DNA of 64,000 bases from Botryllus schlosseri. Its lineage: Eukaryota. The notes under the pieces are model-generated. The model was not told where the DNA came from, made no database searches, and saw nothing but the letters and a program-made list of their open reading frames with translations. How positions within the stretch are numbered: position 1 is the stretch's first letter; each line of letters begins with the position of its first letter. Shown piece by piece: positions 39,328-53,340 of the stretch. Where the stretch lies: contig CM119371.1 of the NCBI GenBank assembly GCA_051294905.1, forward strand, positions 39,558,001-39,622,000, read 5' to 3'. Made by a program: the position numbers and the translations under genes.

Positions 39328-41169
39328 GTGTGATACTGGGAATTGAAAGTGAAATATAAATACTACTTCTAAAAGCGGAAAATCTTTTTCATATCCTAAT
39401 CATACAGAAAGATTCGAAGGTGGTATGCTAAAACAGGTTGAAAACTAAAAAAAGGTCAGAGTCCACTTTTCCAGAATAGGAGACGCCATGGACTGCTAGA
39501 TTACGATATGATAAGTAAATGCTAGATTGCAAAACATCAGTTTCAAACGTGGTGATGAGCCATATAACCTGTGATGAAATATTTTATATGGGCGACACTG
39601 CGGTGTGAACGGTGCCACGCAACCCGCTACCTAAATAATATTCACCGGTACTTTCGTGAAATCATACTGGCTACTCCATATCCACTGTGCGCGACGATAA
39701 TTCTGGGCTTTACTCTGAAAGTTTTATGAAAATTAAATGTTGATACTCCGTGAAAACAGTCCCGAAATTTCTCAGGCTATCTTCCGGATCGGAGGATTAA
39801 ACTAATCCTACTTGACAAACTGAAAATAGCGAACAGTAAGTAAGTAGATCACAAAATATTACGAAGTAGAAGTAAAAGTAGTGAAAATCAGATCTGATGG
39901 GGTAAGTACCAGAAGTAGAGAAAAACTACTTGATTACTTCGAAAAGTAGAAATACTTCGTTACTGACCACCTCTGTCACTACCTTAGTCTGCCATTTCAA
40001 CAGATATCGAGGTTATCACTTCTTACTTGCAAAAGAACGAATGCAATTTTATGAACACAGTTAATCGATATCTAAGAATTGAATTTCTTGCATACAACAG
40101 TCTTTTTTGTCGACTTATTCAACTCGGTTTTTAACACTTGCTCATATAGTTTCCACTACTTTCAATTGTGCTTGGACAGTATTACGAGTCAAAACCACCC
40201 ACTTTTCAGACCATTAATGTCGTATAAATTAGGGTTACCTATGTCCTATTTTAAGAGGATTTGGCCTCTTTTTAAATAAATTGAAACTGTTCTCGGAGTA
40301 CGCCCAAATATCCTATAATTTTAGAAGTCAGTTCTCATTTTTTGGAAAAAGTATTAAAATGCGATCAAAAACCGGACTCAGACGCATCAAACGCCAGGGT
40401 TGGCAAAATATTAAACAAAAAAAATGACCCGATGGGAGTATCTTTGCGAGAGAGAAATATGAAGAATGATCTTTCTAATCAACACCGATAAAATGCAAGG
40501 CAAAAGCGGGTATTTCGGGAGTCAAGTGGGGAAGTAGGCACGATGCTACTATTCGAAGAAATTCCAAATCACCTGCTAACTTTTCCGCTATGATGGCTTT
40601 GGGAATTATTGAGATATACATAGAAACTGGGCGAGGAAGCCGATGTTACAGCAACTGCCTTTATTTTCGAAATCCCGCCTATTTCGAGTGTCAAAAATCT
40701 GCTTTAGTGCCTATTCGGAACAGTTACGCTCGAACAACTATACTTAAAATATGCCACTCCTCGACTAAATAAATATACAAATCTTTCCAGACGCTACTTT
40801 CTTCTTTTTCGCGTGTCTTTGACATCGTTATATCTACTTGTAGTCGACACAAAACTAAATACGTTATGCTCATTATCGTCTACTAACTATGACTCCTTTG
40901 CATCATAGGTAGCACTCGAAACTAACGCAAGTTCCACACTAATGAATAGCAGCGGGGTCTGTATTGCACCAAATCCACAAGTTTTATTTGTGATGATCGC
41001 ATCAAAATAATAAGATATCAGACACCGGTTCCAATTTCCAACTCCGGTTCAAATCAGATTTAACCATTCATACACTTTCCCAGTCAGAGTCACCCGAATA
41101 TACACCATGCTCTGAATGCTCTGTCGGAATCAACTTGTGAAAAGTCGCCAGGCGTGATTTCATCATCAG

Positions 41170-43300
41170 AGTGAAAGCTGCTATCATCTGTGCTGTTCAC
41201 ATTTTCCTAACCTTCACCTTCATCATTTTCACGTATCACGCTGACTTCATAGATCTGACACTCATGCATGGACGATTCTCCGCCATTCGGCGTTTCGATA
41301 ACGGCTATACGTTACGGCCCCAATCGTCCAAAGCGAGAGTGCGCACTTGTTGTTTTACAGAGATAGAACCCAACGGTTCGTAATTCGACGAGTCGAAAGT
41401 GCGGATAGATGACGTCAAACCTGGCCGCTCTTCGGTGTCAATCTTCGTGGCGCACATAACAATCCAGTTACGATTGAATATCAATATGCATTGATCGACA
41501 GCAGGAACCGACTCAATCAATTTAAAATCTCTCGTGCCCAAACTTCAGTATTTATGATCACTTCAAAACCGTTCGGGTGGAACACTCCGCTGACGGCATG
41601 GTTTAAATTATCAAATCCATGCCCGGGTAACGTCTGGTGCTTTCGGACATCCCAGAAACACCCGTCGCTTAGGACCAACCGTCGGCATACGAAAACGTGG
41701 CGCGATGTCTTTGGTAGCAACACGGCTGGTTGCCTTCTATATAGGTATCATCACTCACGTCATTTCCGTAGGTGTTGAAAGCCTTCCCGGCGTTGAGGTC
41801 GTAGATAATTAATTGCTCGGGTCGAGACACTCGTGGCGACTATTTTGTCTTGCACGGTCGTGGAAAATTCGACATAATCAATACAGTCAAAAATTACCTT
41901 CAAGTCGAACGTATTGTCCATAGCTAAAAAAACGCAGTTGTGGGAACACCAGTTGGACGATAGGGTCAGCATCACGTCTCCGGCGTACGAGTGTTCGATG
42001 CTAATAATGGCCGAATCGAAAACTCCTGTCTTGATGCGATCTTCAAAGTTTGGCGCTTTACGGAAGTGAAAATTTCCAGCACTATTCACGAGAACCAGCC
42101 CGCAATCATCGTTGTGACGCATTAGACGAGAAGCGCTAATTTCTATCCCTGGTAGGCCGGATCTCCCGGCAGGTCGGAATGGGCTGTAAAACATTCTACA
42201 TCTGCGCCGCATACCGCCTCATTCAGGATGAAGCCCTTGTCGGCAGTGTCGTTTTTGGATGTTGATCGATGCTTCAATTTTGTTCATAGGCTTGGAGCAA
42301 CGGCGGTGAGCAAATAGAGAAAACGAAGGTATAGGTACTACCAGTTTTCTACACTCAAAGTGTTCCTGATTGCTGCATTCCTCGATTAGAGAATTGAGGG
42401 TAACACATCGCGCTATATGATTAATTTCACTGAATTCCGACTTTTCCGCTATAAAAACTTTTGCTTGTTTTCAATTTTCTCACATATTGATGCGCGACAA
42501 AAAAGTTATCATCTGTATCTGGAAAAGTCCCAACCTCCAGTGTCCTGTATGGATCCGACAAAACAGACAAATCTAAATAGTCAAGAGAAAGTCCGCATTA
42601 TTATACTGCGTGCGAGTCTTCTAGGCAACATTACTTGTCATTATTGTCTTCCAGTCAGCGTCGAGTGTAATTGCTTTTCTTTTTACGATTCTTTTCAAGA
42701 GTAAGTTCACATTGTTGCAAAACTTAACGTGCAGCTATTTCTAGTCTTTGCGGATGGGTTTCCGGATAGCTCCATGTAATTTGCTTTGGTAAGATCTCAC
42801 GTACTGGACGGTATTCGGCAAGCCTTACGAGCGCCTTACAAGCGAAGCAACGCGTTTCGTCTGTCGTGCGTGCTGGCTTGTTGACACCTAACAAAGATAG
42901 CAGGGTGTGTATGCCGTGCGCCGGCCGAACGTTTTTCCACAATGGTTCTTTACCTTCACGTTTCTTGTTATTATACCATGGTACAACGTGCACTTTCAAA
43001 GGTTCAGTGACACCCCTGCTTTCAGTACCAGTAAATTCAGTACAATTTGCGATAACAGCAATGGTTGGATTTACAGAAACCCAATCCGTGTCGGTGGGGT
43101 TATTAAGGTTAAGAGAAGTTTCAATCAAGTTTAGTACGACATTGAGTCCGATCACATCCACCCCAAAATCAGGGTAACATTCCGTAAGTGCGATTTGACA
43201 ACATCTCAGATTTGTTGCTGTCGAATTGTTTGCTTCCGTGTACGATTAATTTTGTCTCATCTGCCGCCATATCTTTCGCTATCTGAAAAACAAATGCTTC
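41170..43300 (-). pseudogene. DCAF1: Decayed, apparently intronless copy of DCAF1/VprBP (armadillo-like C-terminal part plus WD40 region)
   Basis: GIHTLLSLL..K.P....D.TR..ACKALV.L, FYSPFRP, DYVEFS...[43 protein letters not shown] and SSIRTFDSSNYEPLGSISVK occur in DCAF1 order, broken by frameshifts and stops. Confidence 0.88.
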
Positions 43301-46300
43301 TGAATAAATAAATATCCAGAGTTGTAACCAAGTCACAAGGCTCCGAGTCACAAGTCAATCTCAGTTTTATAGTTTTGACTCGAGTCAAGTCGAGTCATTT
43401 TCAATTCACCACCGAGTCAAGTCCGAGTCCAAGTCACCGAGCAGAGGTTAGAGTCCGAGTCATGGTATTATGACTCGAGTCGAGTCCAAGTCATTATGTC
43501 GACTTCCCAGTTTACAGTTAAAAGCTTGTTAAATCCAATTTTTATAACTCTGTTTGGTGATATCGAATGGTTCACATTTATAATATACTAATTTTCGTCA
43601 TTTTTAGCAGTTTCTGGACGTGTTTTCAAGTACCAGTACCAATAGACGAAATCCCATTAGTGTGATTACTTTACTATTCCTCGAAATTACAATGAAACGT
43701 CGGTCTTGGCCGTCTCAGTCTCGAGTCATATGACTTGGTTCGAGTCATGCACAATGACTCGAGTCCAAGTCGAGTTAATACACAAATTGACTCGAGTCGA
43801 GTCATTTCCGGATTTTGAGAAAATGACTCGAGTCAAGTCGAGTCATCTGAAAAACGGGACTCGAGTCGAGTCATGACTCGAGTCATTACAACCCTGTAAA
43901 TATCCTAGTTAATCAAACACGCCCGTAAACTATTCAGACTGTGAGCCGGACATAAACCGTTTGTGCATGTACATTAGGGCTGTTCAAAAATAACTTTTTC
44001 TTCCCGATTCAAGCCGTTCACCTCTTAAATCGTCAGGTTGCAGTAGAAAACCTTGCTCACCAAATTTCACTCGATTCCAATCAGTAAAGGCATCCGCAGA
44101 TCCAATTAAAATTTTTAATTTATTATGGAAAATTAAAAAAAAAAAAATTCCAAATTTTTCTGCCAACCCCATGAAATTGTTGAGCCGTCTTCAAAGACGT
44201 TCCAAAACAAATTTGAGTCAATTCCGACCAGTAGAAGCGGAGTTATGTGAGTTTTACGTTGATAAATCGCGGATTATCCACCAATCATGGATAGTCCGAG
44301 GATTACATATATTTCGCCAAGACATTTATCCAATATCTTCACCACACAGTACGGCCACATATTAATTCAGTACACGAGTATTTAGGGGAATACTTGTACA
44401 CACGATTGAAGTTCAGTTATGTACATGAAATCCGTGGAAGTGTCTAATTGTGATCAATCTAATACCCCGAAATATAATTCTGTTGATGTAATTTGATTTA
44501 AAACAGTCTTCAGCGAGTCGAGATAACAAGTAGATTGACTTTCTGCACTTTATACGACTGATCCAATTTTTATCCAGCCCATAGAGCGAAAATATGAGAT
44601 TTTATTCAAAATAGCCCCATGGAATATCTCCAAAAATAGAGCCAATTTGAAAAAACTAAACATTCTTACTTTGTCTGCCTAAAAATATTCATTGAATAGT
44701 GTAATTAATCTGTATTACTGTGTATGGAAATGGATCGAGCATAGGATGACAGGATTATTCGCAACCCTCATTTTTAAAACGGTCACCCATTGCGACATCT
44801 ACTTACCTGTCATGAAAGTCGGCGTCGAGTAGCTGCCAGGCGTCTGTTTCTCGATACACTGAAATACGAAATACTTTACAAAATATATAATTCTTGTTAG
44901 TAAAAAATATATTCGTGCTTGTTGTAACAGTTGTTACACTAAACCACTTACTTTGTACATTTGGGATTTTAAAAAGTAGTTTCGAGACGGGTGTTCGTCA
45001 TTTTCCTTCAATGAAAGTTTCATAGGAGTCACGTGAAGTCGTAAAATAGTCCATGTATTGCGGTAACTGAATCTATATTATAATATTTTGCTCACTTGCG
45101 GTGTATTTAGTCAGTTTTCATTACCCGCTGTGATATATCGTGCAATTTGGAAAGTAGATATCTTCTGTTAACTGTCAAAACAAGCGACTCCTCAACTAAA
45201 TGTACTTTTTGTAACTGCTCACGCGAATACACCTCTGATCATCCACGAACTCGTGTTAGAAATTTTCAGAACCAATGAGTGTCAGTATGCTCATCCGGTG
45301 TCGCAAAAGATCCACAAAGAGCACTGTATTTTCTTCTACGGTTACGAAAATATACGAGTCCCCAAACATTTTTGACTCATCGCCCTCTCAGTAACATCTA
45401 TATATCTTCACCACAGCCCGAAGAACTGGGGTATCATCAGCTGCGAGGTACTTCTACTTTTCTCTCGTGCTCAACTAGTGTATAGCGACTCGTTCACTTA
45501 CTCAAGTAGTTTCATTTGAATATTACTTCTATGCCAGTTTTCTAATGCTGAAACACTGATTTTGTATTTATGATATTTTTATTTGAAAAGTAGTTTTTGG
45601 ACGCATTGACGTCTTACTTCGAAATTGATAGAATTCATAAACAAGTTCACAACCAGCGACGTATGGGAAATCATGCGTTAAACAATGATTCACATTAAAT
45701 ATAGAATCTCGAATCACACTACTATTCATTACTACCGTTCGTTATCATTCGTCTCCTTTCAACATCTCATCTTCATGGTTGCATATCAATGTTACTTTCT
45801 TCGAATTAGACTTGTTGACTAGAGACAAAATGTCATTGACTGAAGCACAACATTCATCTTCGAATAAGCATCTGGTATATTCGATCTGTTGCGGGATAAA
45901 ATTACTATTAATATTGTGTATTATAATATTGCTTCCAGCTATTCGTAGCCTTTTCACCAGGGGCTATGATTTTGTTACAAGCTACTTTAGATCAGGGAAA
46001 GCCAACCTTTTTGCTATTCCCGACCACATCTCGATTACTCATGTCGCCTATACGGCCACATTCCAGGACATAGTCGCAATGGACTAAGTGGTTGACAAAT
46101 ATCCATGCTGAACTGCCCAATTCCATTTCCGGTCAACAATTCCGTACTACTATATACACCGAAATCAGGTTTGCTCATGTGAGTAATTTCTGGGACCGGT
46201 GATAATCGCACAAATTGCAAAAATTTTCTCACATTCTGGATTGAATTTTGTATTTAATATTAGTTGTTTCAGATATTACTATCAAACATTTGAATAGTAT

Positions 46301-46668
46301 ATCTATGAGCCTGATAGAAGCTCACAGGAAAGCCGTTAAGATTTCGATCAAACCGTTTGGAGGTAGCTGCTCAAGAGTAGGCGTGCCACAGACTATAGAA
46401 CGGCGAGAAGACTGGTAATCACATAACCACGGCAATGCTTCAATGATCACGACCGCAGCAGCTTACTGATTAGGTGTTCAAGGAGTCAGCTACAGGGGGA
46501 GATTCTGGAAGCGCGCTGTTGGTAGGTTGCAGATGATGATTTAGGATTAATTCGGGACATGTTGAGGTACGAAATACACGATGAACTAACAACACCTGCT
46601 TCACAAAAACTTTTTCATTGTGAAGGAAACGGCTGTAGCCTACGTGCCGTGTTTACATCGAGGGAAAC

Positions 46669-49600
46669 TGTAATGTATTAACTTGAGACTTTATTCATGC
46701 GAACATAACAGAAGGTCCTGACGTACAGGGCAACAGAAAACGAATGACTACCGTCGTTTACTCGACGCAGTGCAACACAATTCAGTAATTGTAATCAAGT
46801 AATAATAATGTCCAATCACGATACACATCATCTCCCCTCTTTCATCCGAAGCGTACTGTACATTCACCCCGGGATATAACGTTCAGGGCATCGCCGATTG
46901 CGCGAACTTCGACGTGGTTGATTGTGGTTAGCATCCATCTCCCACTTCTCTCCCTCCTCTGTGGTTGGCGAAACGTGATCTATTCTCAGAAATCGTCGAT
47001 TTCGCCACCATATCCGCCCGCTGCTCAGTTTAACCAAGTAATCCCGAAACTTACCAATGGCAACAATGATACCGCGATGATGCCAACGTTTGGTGATCGG
47101 GTTTTGAATTCGAACGGAAGTTCCTATTTTGAATGGCGACAACGGATGTGCATCTCTGTTATAATGATCCTCATTGTACGTCCTCATAGCCGCTGCTTTG
47201 GAATCACAATCTCGAGCTAGTTTATGCCACAATGGTGCAAACAGCTTGTGATGTGCCGGTAAACAGGTCCGAAGTGGGCGTCCAAAAAGAATTTGTGCCG
47301 GAGAACGTCCGTCCACTCTTGGCGTGTTTCTCCACTCTAGCAAACCTCGCTGAAATGAATCTGAAAAAATATCCCCATTGGGCGACGTTTTAGCCAAAAG
47401 ATATTTCATGGACTTAACGGCAGCCTCCGCAAGACCATTTGATTGCGCGTAATGCGGCGTCGATACAACATGATTAACACCCCATCGGTCCATGAATTTT
47501 CTGAAGTCATTCGAAGAGAATTGCGGTCCTCCGTCGCTTCGTAAACGCACTGGAACACCTGTGTCGGAAAAGAATTTGCGAATTACTCTGATTACCTGAC
47601 GAGAGGTTGGATCCTTGTCCCATTCACAGATGCTCGGCCAACCGGAGTACCTATCGGTGTGCACGAGGTATTTCTTTCCGCAATATGAAAAGAGATCGGT
47701 TGAGACATCTTCGAAAACTCTGCTAGGAGATAGCTCAATTTCCATTGGCTCTTTTGGTAAACTTGGCAGATATTCCTGGCATCTCCCACATGACTGTACC
47801 ACATTCTCTATGTCAGTGCTCATCCCTGGCCAGTACAGAGTTTGTCTCGCCCTCCTCTTCATTCTGACTATGCCTTGATGAGCATCATGCAATCGTGCAA
47901 GCGCTTCTCCTTTAAATCCACACGGGACTACAATTCGTGCATTGTATAGAACCAACCCATCGTCTATACTTAGATCATTCCGAATCTTCCAATACGGCTG
48001 CACGGTAGTAGGTGCGTTTTCGCATTTAGCAGGGAACCCCTTTCGGATAATCTCGATTAATGACTGATAATTATTGTCAGTGAGTGCAACTTGTCTCATG
48101 CGCGATAAGACCGGGTCTTCTAGTGCGTTCAACGATCCACCCGCTTGCTCGCTTCTGAAAATTTGGCTCTTGATGGTGAGATGGCATGCCATGCAAGCGG
48201 CGTCGTCTCTTTCCGCTGCTTGATCCTCTCTTGTTGGGTCTTGCACTGGCGCTCTTGACAATGCATCAGGAATGGCATGAAGTTTTCCTTTCCTCCATGA
48301 CGTAGTAAATACAAATGCAGATAACTTCTCTTTCAGTCGCTGAAGTCGTGGGTTCTCGATGGAATCCAACGTTTGAGCATTTAGAATGGAAACTAGCGGC
48401 TGATGGTCGACAACCACTTCGAAATGCTGCAATCCTGTCAGAAATAGTTTGCATTTGCGTGCTGCCCATACAACTGCAAGAAGTTCCAGCTCTACCATTG
48501 CATATCGCGATTCTGTCTCACTTAGAAACCGGGAGCCGCATTGAACCAGTCTCCATGTGTCACCATGCAACTGTAATAGAGCGTATCCAAGACCTCTTGT
48601 CCTGGATGCATCTGTTTGCAAACTCGCGGGCAACTTCGGATCGAATGTTGCTAATACAGGTGTATTAGTCAATGCTGCTTTCGTCTTCCGAAATGCGTCG
48701 GCCTGTATGCTTGACCAGATGAATTCATTTTACGTTTTGAGTAGACAGCGAAGAGGCTCTGCCACTGTGCTTATCTCCTTCGAAAATTCCCCCAATTGAT
48801 TCACCATTCCCATGAAGCTACGTAATTCTGTGATGTTGGTCGGAGCAGGAAATTCTGTAATCGCCTTCACTTTATCAGGATCTACAGATATTCCGTCCTT
48901 GGATATAATGAATCCAACAAATTTGACTTCGCTTTTTGCGAATCTTGTCTTTTTACGGTTCAGCGTTATTTTATTTTCACGACACCGCTGCAGCAAACTC
49001 CATACTCGATGGACGTGTGACTTGAAGTCTTCGGAATGAACGAGGATATCGTCAACGACTTTTGCGACATCCTGGAGCCCTCTCAGTGCTTCGTCCCCTC
49101 TGCGACAGTATTCATCTCCCGTTGAAACTAAGCCCATTGGTGCGCGCAGAAATTTGAATTTTCCCCAAGGAGTCATGAACGTAGTGAGCAATTGAGAGTC
49201 CTTCTCTAGCGGGAGCTGCCAGTATCCGTGTGTTGCATCAAACGTGCTCATGTACTTCGTGTTGTTCGGTATCTGCGCGACAGCTTCCTTTGCTGTCACC
49301 AAAGGGTATCCCGGACGTTTCACGAACTTATTCAATTTGGTCAAGTCAACACATAAACGTATACCTCCACCGGGTTTCTGCACCAGTACCATCGGATGGC
49401 ACCACTCTGTGGGCGAGGTGACCGGTTCTATAATACCCTTGACTATCATCTCGTCGATTAGTTTTTTCGCATCTTCCCTTTGAGGAAACGGAACCGCCCG
49501 TGCAGCGTGTATGGCATAGGCTTCAAAATTTTCTTTGACATGTATCTTCATATCAGCACCCGTCATAGGCGACAGCTTGACATCGTTTGAAAAAACGTCT

Positions 49601-51295
49601 TCAAAATGCTGGAATATACGTTGCTCGATTCGACAGATCTCAGCCATGTCCGGTTCTGTAGGTATATCACCGATAACCTCACGTAACATGTCTCGTTTAT
49701 CGGTAACTACTTGTTTCGCAATAGGTAATGGAGACGGATAATTTGCCGGAAGAATTCCCAGCTCCTTGCAAACATACCACGCAAGCATCGCTCCTTCGCA
49801 ATCATTACAGATGAGAACTTCGAGAGTCACCTTTCTACCGCCGTATTCCATCTTCAAAACAACATATCCTACGCATTTCATCGGTTGTAAATTTGCAGCG
49901 AGGACAGCGTCGCAAGGCGGCTTGGAATAATCAGCACGTTTCAATCCGATCGACATGATCCACTCTTCGCACGCGATTGAAATTCCCGCTCCACTGTCAG
50001 GCAACACGGCATGCCGTCCCAAATTACGATCTCGAACATCATACACAGTAATAAATACCGATGGTGGTGCTCTTCCAACGACACGCCCCGATAGATTGTA
50101 GCATGTTATCACCATATTCTTCGGCAAGTTTGTTGCTTGGCACATTCGAGAGAAATGTCCACTCTTTCTACAAGAGAAGCATATTGCCTCTTCTGCTGGG
50201 CATCTAGCGGCTTCTGCATGAGGTAACCCACAATTCCGACATGTGTTCGCCTCTTTGCTCGCTGGTTTCTTGCTCCTTATGACTTTGCTCACAGTATGCC
50301 CATTCCATTCTGAACTTGCAGTCGCCAAGGCTTGGTCACCTATGGATGCCGATTCCATACTACGACATATGTCCACAGCTTCCTTCAAACTGGGAAAGGA
50401 TTTGGTTTGCATCAGACGTTTCCTCACTTCTCCTGATATGACGCCTGAAATAATGCGTGTTGTCAAACGCGTTTCAAAACAATGCTTGCAAAGTTCGGAA
50501 TTATTGGCAATCTTCCTCAGATCCATATAAAATGAGTCGAAGCTTTCGCCAGCTCGTTGTTTGCGTTCTTCAAACTCCACTCTATCAAGAGCAACATTCC
50601 GCTGATCTCTCAAGTATTTATAGATTCGTTCTAGAATATCTTTGACCGTCAGATCGGTTTGCTCGGAGTATTGTGGATAAATCACGTGGATAAGTGTGTC
50701 CAGTAATTTAGGGGAAAAGAATCCTTTAAGGTGGGATACTTGTTCGCCGTTCGGTAAACTCGTTAGTCTCATAACTGTTGCATAATCCGCCCATAATTGC
50801 TCCCACCCTCGAAAGTCTTTTATGTCTATATCTGCCTCAAGTCTTGGTGGTTTATTTGGAGACACGTGACTGGAAGTTTTCTCCGAACGTTCCGAGTTAA
50901 GCTTCAGTTGCCCCAAAAGAGATGCAATGACATCTTTGTGATCAGCTTCCATGCGCTGCAACACCTCTTTGTGGTGATCTTCCAATCTCTTCAACTCAAC
51001 TTCCCTTTGTTTTTCGCGTTTCTCTGATTCTCCAATCAAGTGTTCGAGCAGTTCCTCCATTTGTTTTCCTCTCGTAGCCATCTATGATAATTTGTGTGGC
51101 CTTTCTTTTAGATAGGTCCTGCCGACAACGCCATGTAATGTATTAACTTGAGACTTTATTCATGCGAACATAACAGAAGGTCCTGACGTACAGGGCAACA
51201 GAAAACGAATGACTACCGTCGTTTACTCGACGCAGTGCAACACAATTCAGTAATTGTAATCAAGTAATAATAATGTCCAATCACGATACACATCA
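46669..51295 (-). mobile_element. Full-length Ty3/Gypsy LTR retrotransposon, Mag-clade-like
   Basis: 162-bp TG...CA LTRs at 46669-46830 and 51134-51295, identical by eye. 5-bp TSD GAAAC, tRNA-Ser-like PBS TGGCGTTGTCGGCAGGA (51117-51133) and PPT AGAGGGGAGA (46831-46840). Confidence 0.97.
46864..51081 (-). CDS. Gag-Pol polyprotein (double CCHC, protease, RT, RNase H, integrase) with a single in-frame TAA at 48730-48732
   Basis: CRNCGLPH...CFSCRKSGHFSRMC, LPDSGA, VVDDILV, TDAS..GLG, the HHCC motif and RSDGGPQF...SNGLAE. The two ORFs share the same frame. Confidence 0.93.
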
Positions 51296-53009
51296 GAAAC
51301 CAAAGGCGCTTATGCAAGTGGTGAACGAATTCCTCGTTTCAGAAGGATCAATCATCAGTGAATACAAATATAAAGCTCGACTAAGACACTATACTTTGTG
51401 TGATCTTATTGGACCCAAGTTGTCGTACATAGTTGAAGTTTTGAATGCTGTGTCTAGGGATTGACTGAATCAGCCGGTTATGCTTGGCAGTTATACTTGC
51501 AGGAAATTGAATGAAAAGATTACCATGTCAGTACTCGCTTTCATAATCGAAGACGTTGCGGGCAACAAAATAAGCGTCTGCGGGCCGCGCGTTGAGAAAC
51601 CCCCGCTCTGCTCGATGACTTGGACTTGACTCGGTGGAGAATTGAAAATGACTCGACTCGAGTCTCAAAACTATAAAAGTGAGACTGACTTGTGACTCGG
51701 AGCCTTGTGACTTGGTTACAACTCTGCTCTGCTCCTATTTTTATTCTAACCGTTCTGGTTGTCCTGACCATGCTACAGGAGAACCGTATCGTGCGAAACG
51801 AGTCAAGCTTGTTATACAGACATTTGCCGTTCTCATGCTTACGAGAATGAAATCTGTTTACAATATTGAATGATATCTTGATTTGATATGAAACGAAACT
51901 TGATTTTTGTTGTACATCCTAGAATTCTATTTCATTATTATTTTTCAGTTCAGTAATTCTAATTACAATCTAATTTGGAAAAATCTGTCCAGCTACAACT
52001 CCAATTCAAACCCGGTTTGTAAAAACTGAAAATTTTTTAGTGTCTAACGATAAGGTCCTGAATCGAGTTTAAGACTACCAGTTAAATCCAGTATTCTAGT
52101 ACCTAAGATCAGTCACGAAGTACTCCTAAAATTTCAGAGTACCGGAATAGGTTTTGCTTACTCGCTCTGTTTACTCGGGTGGCCATGTTTCCAGTCTACT
52201 TGAACTTCTGCTCAAGTTTTCAAGGCAAAACCACTCACTTTCTCAATTTCAATTTTTTATAAGTACAAAGCGGTTTGGTGATGTTTGCATCAGTTTTACA
52301 TCGGACATTTTCGTAGGAAAGGCTTGAAACTGCTTCTGTATCGCAGTAAATGAATATTTATTCAAGGACTGAACCTATTTGTAGGGTCATAAGCAGGGTT
52401 GTAATGACTCGAGTCACGATTTGTTTGGTGACTCAAATTCACTCGAGTCATTTTTAGTACTGACTCGACTTGTACTCGAGTCATTGTGCATGACTCGAAC
52501 CAAGTCATAAGACTCGACACTAGGACGGCCAAGACATAAATATCATTGTGACTTCGATGAAGAGTAAAGTGACACGTTAATGGGATTTCGTCTATTAGTC
52601 ATGATACTTGGAAAATCGGGCCAGAAACCATTAATACTGCGGAAAATTACGATGTTTTGAATGCGAGCCATTCTATATCACTCAGGCAGAGTTGAGAAAA
52701 GTGGGTTGTACGGGATTAAACTTAAAACTGAACAGCGAACACAATGACTTGGACGCTTGACTTGAGTCAAAACACTATGACTCGGACTCGACGCCTGGAA
52801 TTTGACACGGCGATGAATTGTAAATGACTCGAGTCAAAACTATAAGAGTATGATTGACTTGTGACTCGGGACCGTGCAGCTTGGTTACAACGCTGTTCAT
52901 TACTCATTAAGAGATGTCCGCAAAATACACACCTTGCCATCGGTCACAAAAGTACACGATTTCTCATCTAAATCTACTTCTCAAGACCATTTACTATGGA
53001 GTGCTGCGT

Positions 53010-53340
53010 TTGAATAGTATATTCATATCGAAATGAATCCGAATATTTTCGCCTGACACTCGTCAGGGGTCATTGTCAGCAACTAGTAGAGGACTGGAAA
53101 GAACGTTGTATATCAACAATACAATGATATCACAAAATATGACGTACTTGTGCACCAAAACAGTACATTGAACTTGAACTTTGCCCCGATTATTCGAAAT
53201 TTCATGTAAGTGACGTCATATTTTGTGATAGGATTGTTGATATATAACGTTCTTTCCAATTCTCTACTAGTTTCTGTGGATCACTTCTGACTAAGTCACC
53301 AAAAAATATTCGGGCTAATTTCGATATGAATATACTATTA
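53010..53340. mobile_element. Palindromic MITE family (also 55866-56106, 60090-60337; half copies at 3489 and 9991)
   Basis: GAATAGTATATTCATATCGAAAT...ATTTCGATATGAATATACTATT. Confidence 0.75.

Larger units (their letters stand above)
34958..39975. mobile_element. Outer hAT-type element (AAGTA-rich subtermini) hosting nested insertions
   Basis: CAGAGGTGGTCA...TGACCACCTCTG with imperfect TSD nCACTACn. Confidence 0.75.
46480..51520 (+). pseudogene. Decayed hATm-like transposase relic (46480-46668 plus 51301-51520) interrupted by the Gypsy element
   Basis: Both flanks align by eye to 350-740 (e.g. GATCTTATTGGACCCAAGTTGTCGTACATAGTTGAAGTTTTGAATGCT). A possible related terminus TAGGGCTGTTCAAAAA lies at 43975. 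Confidence 0.7.

Noticed and set aside
46918..51027. Plus-strand ORFs over the Gypsy element
   Set aside because: Antisense shadows of gag-pol.
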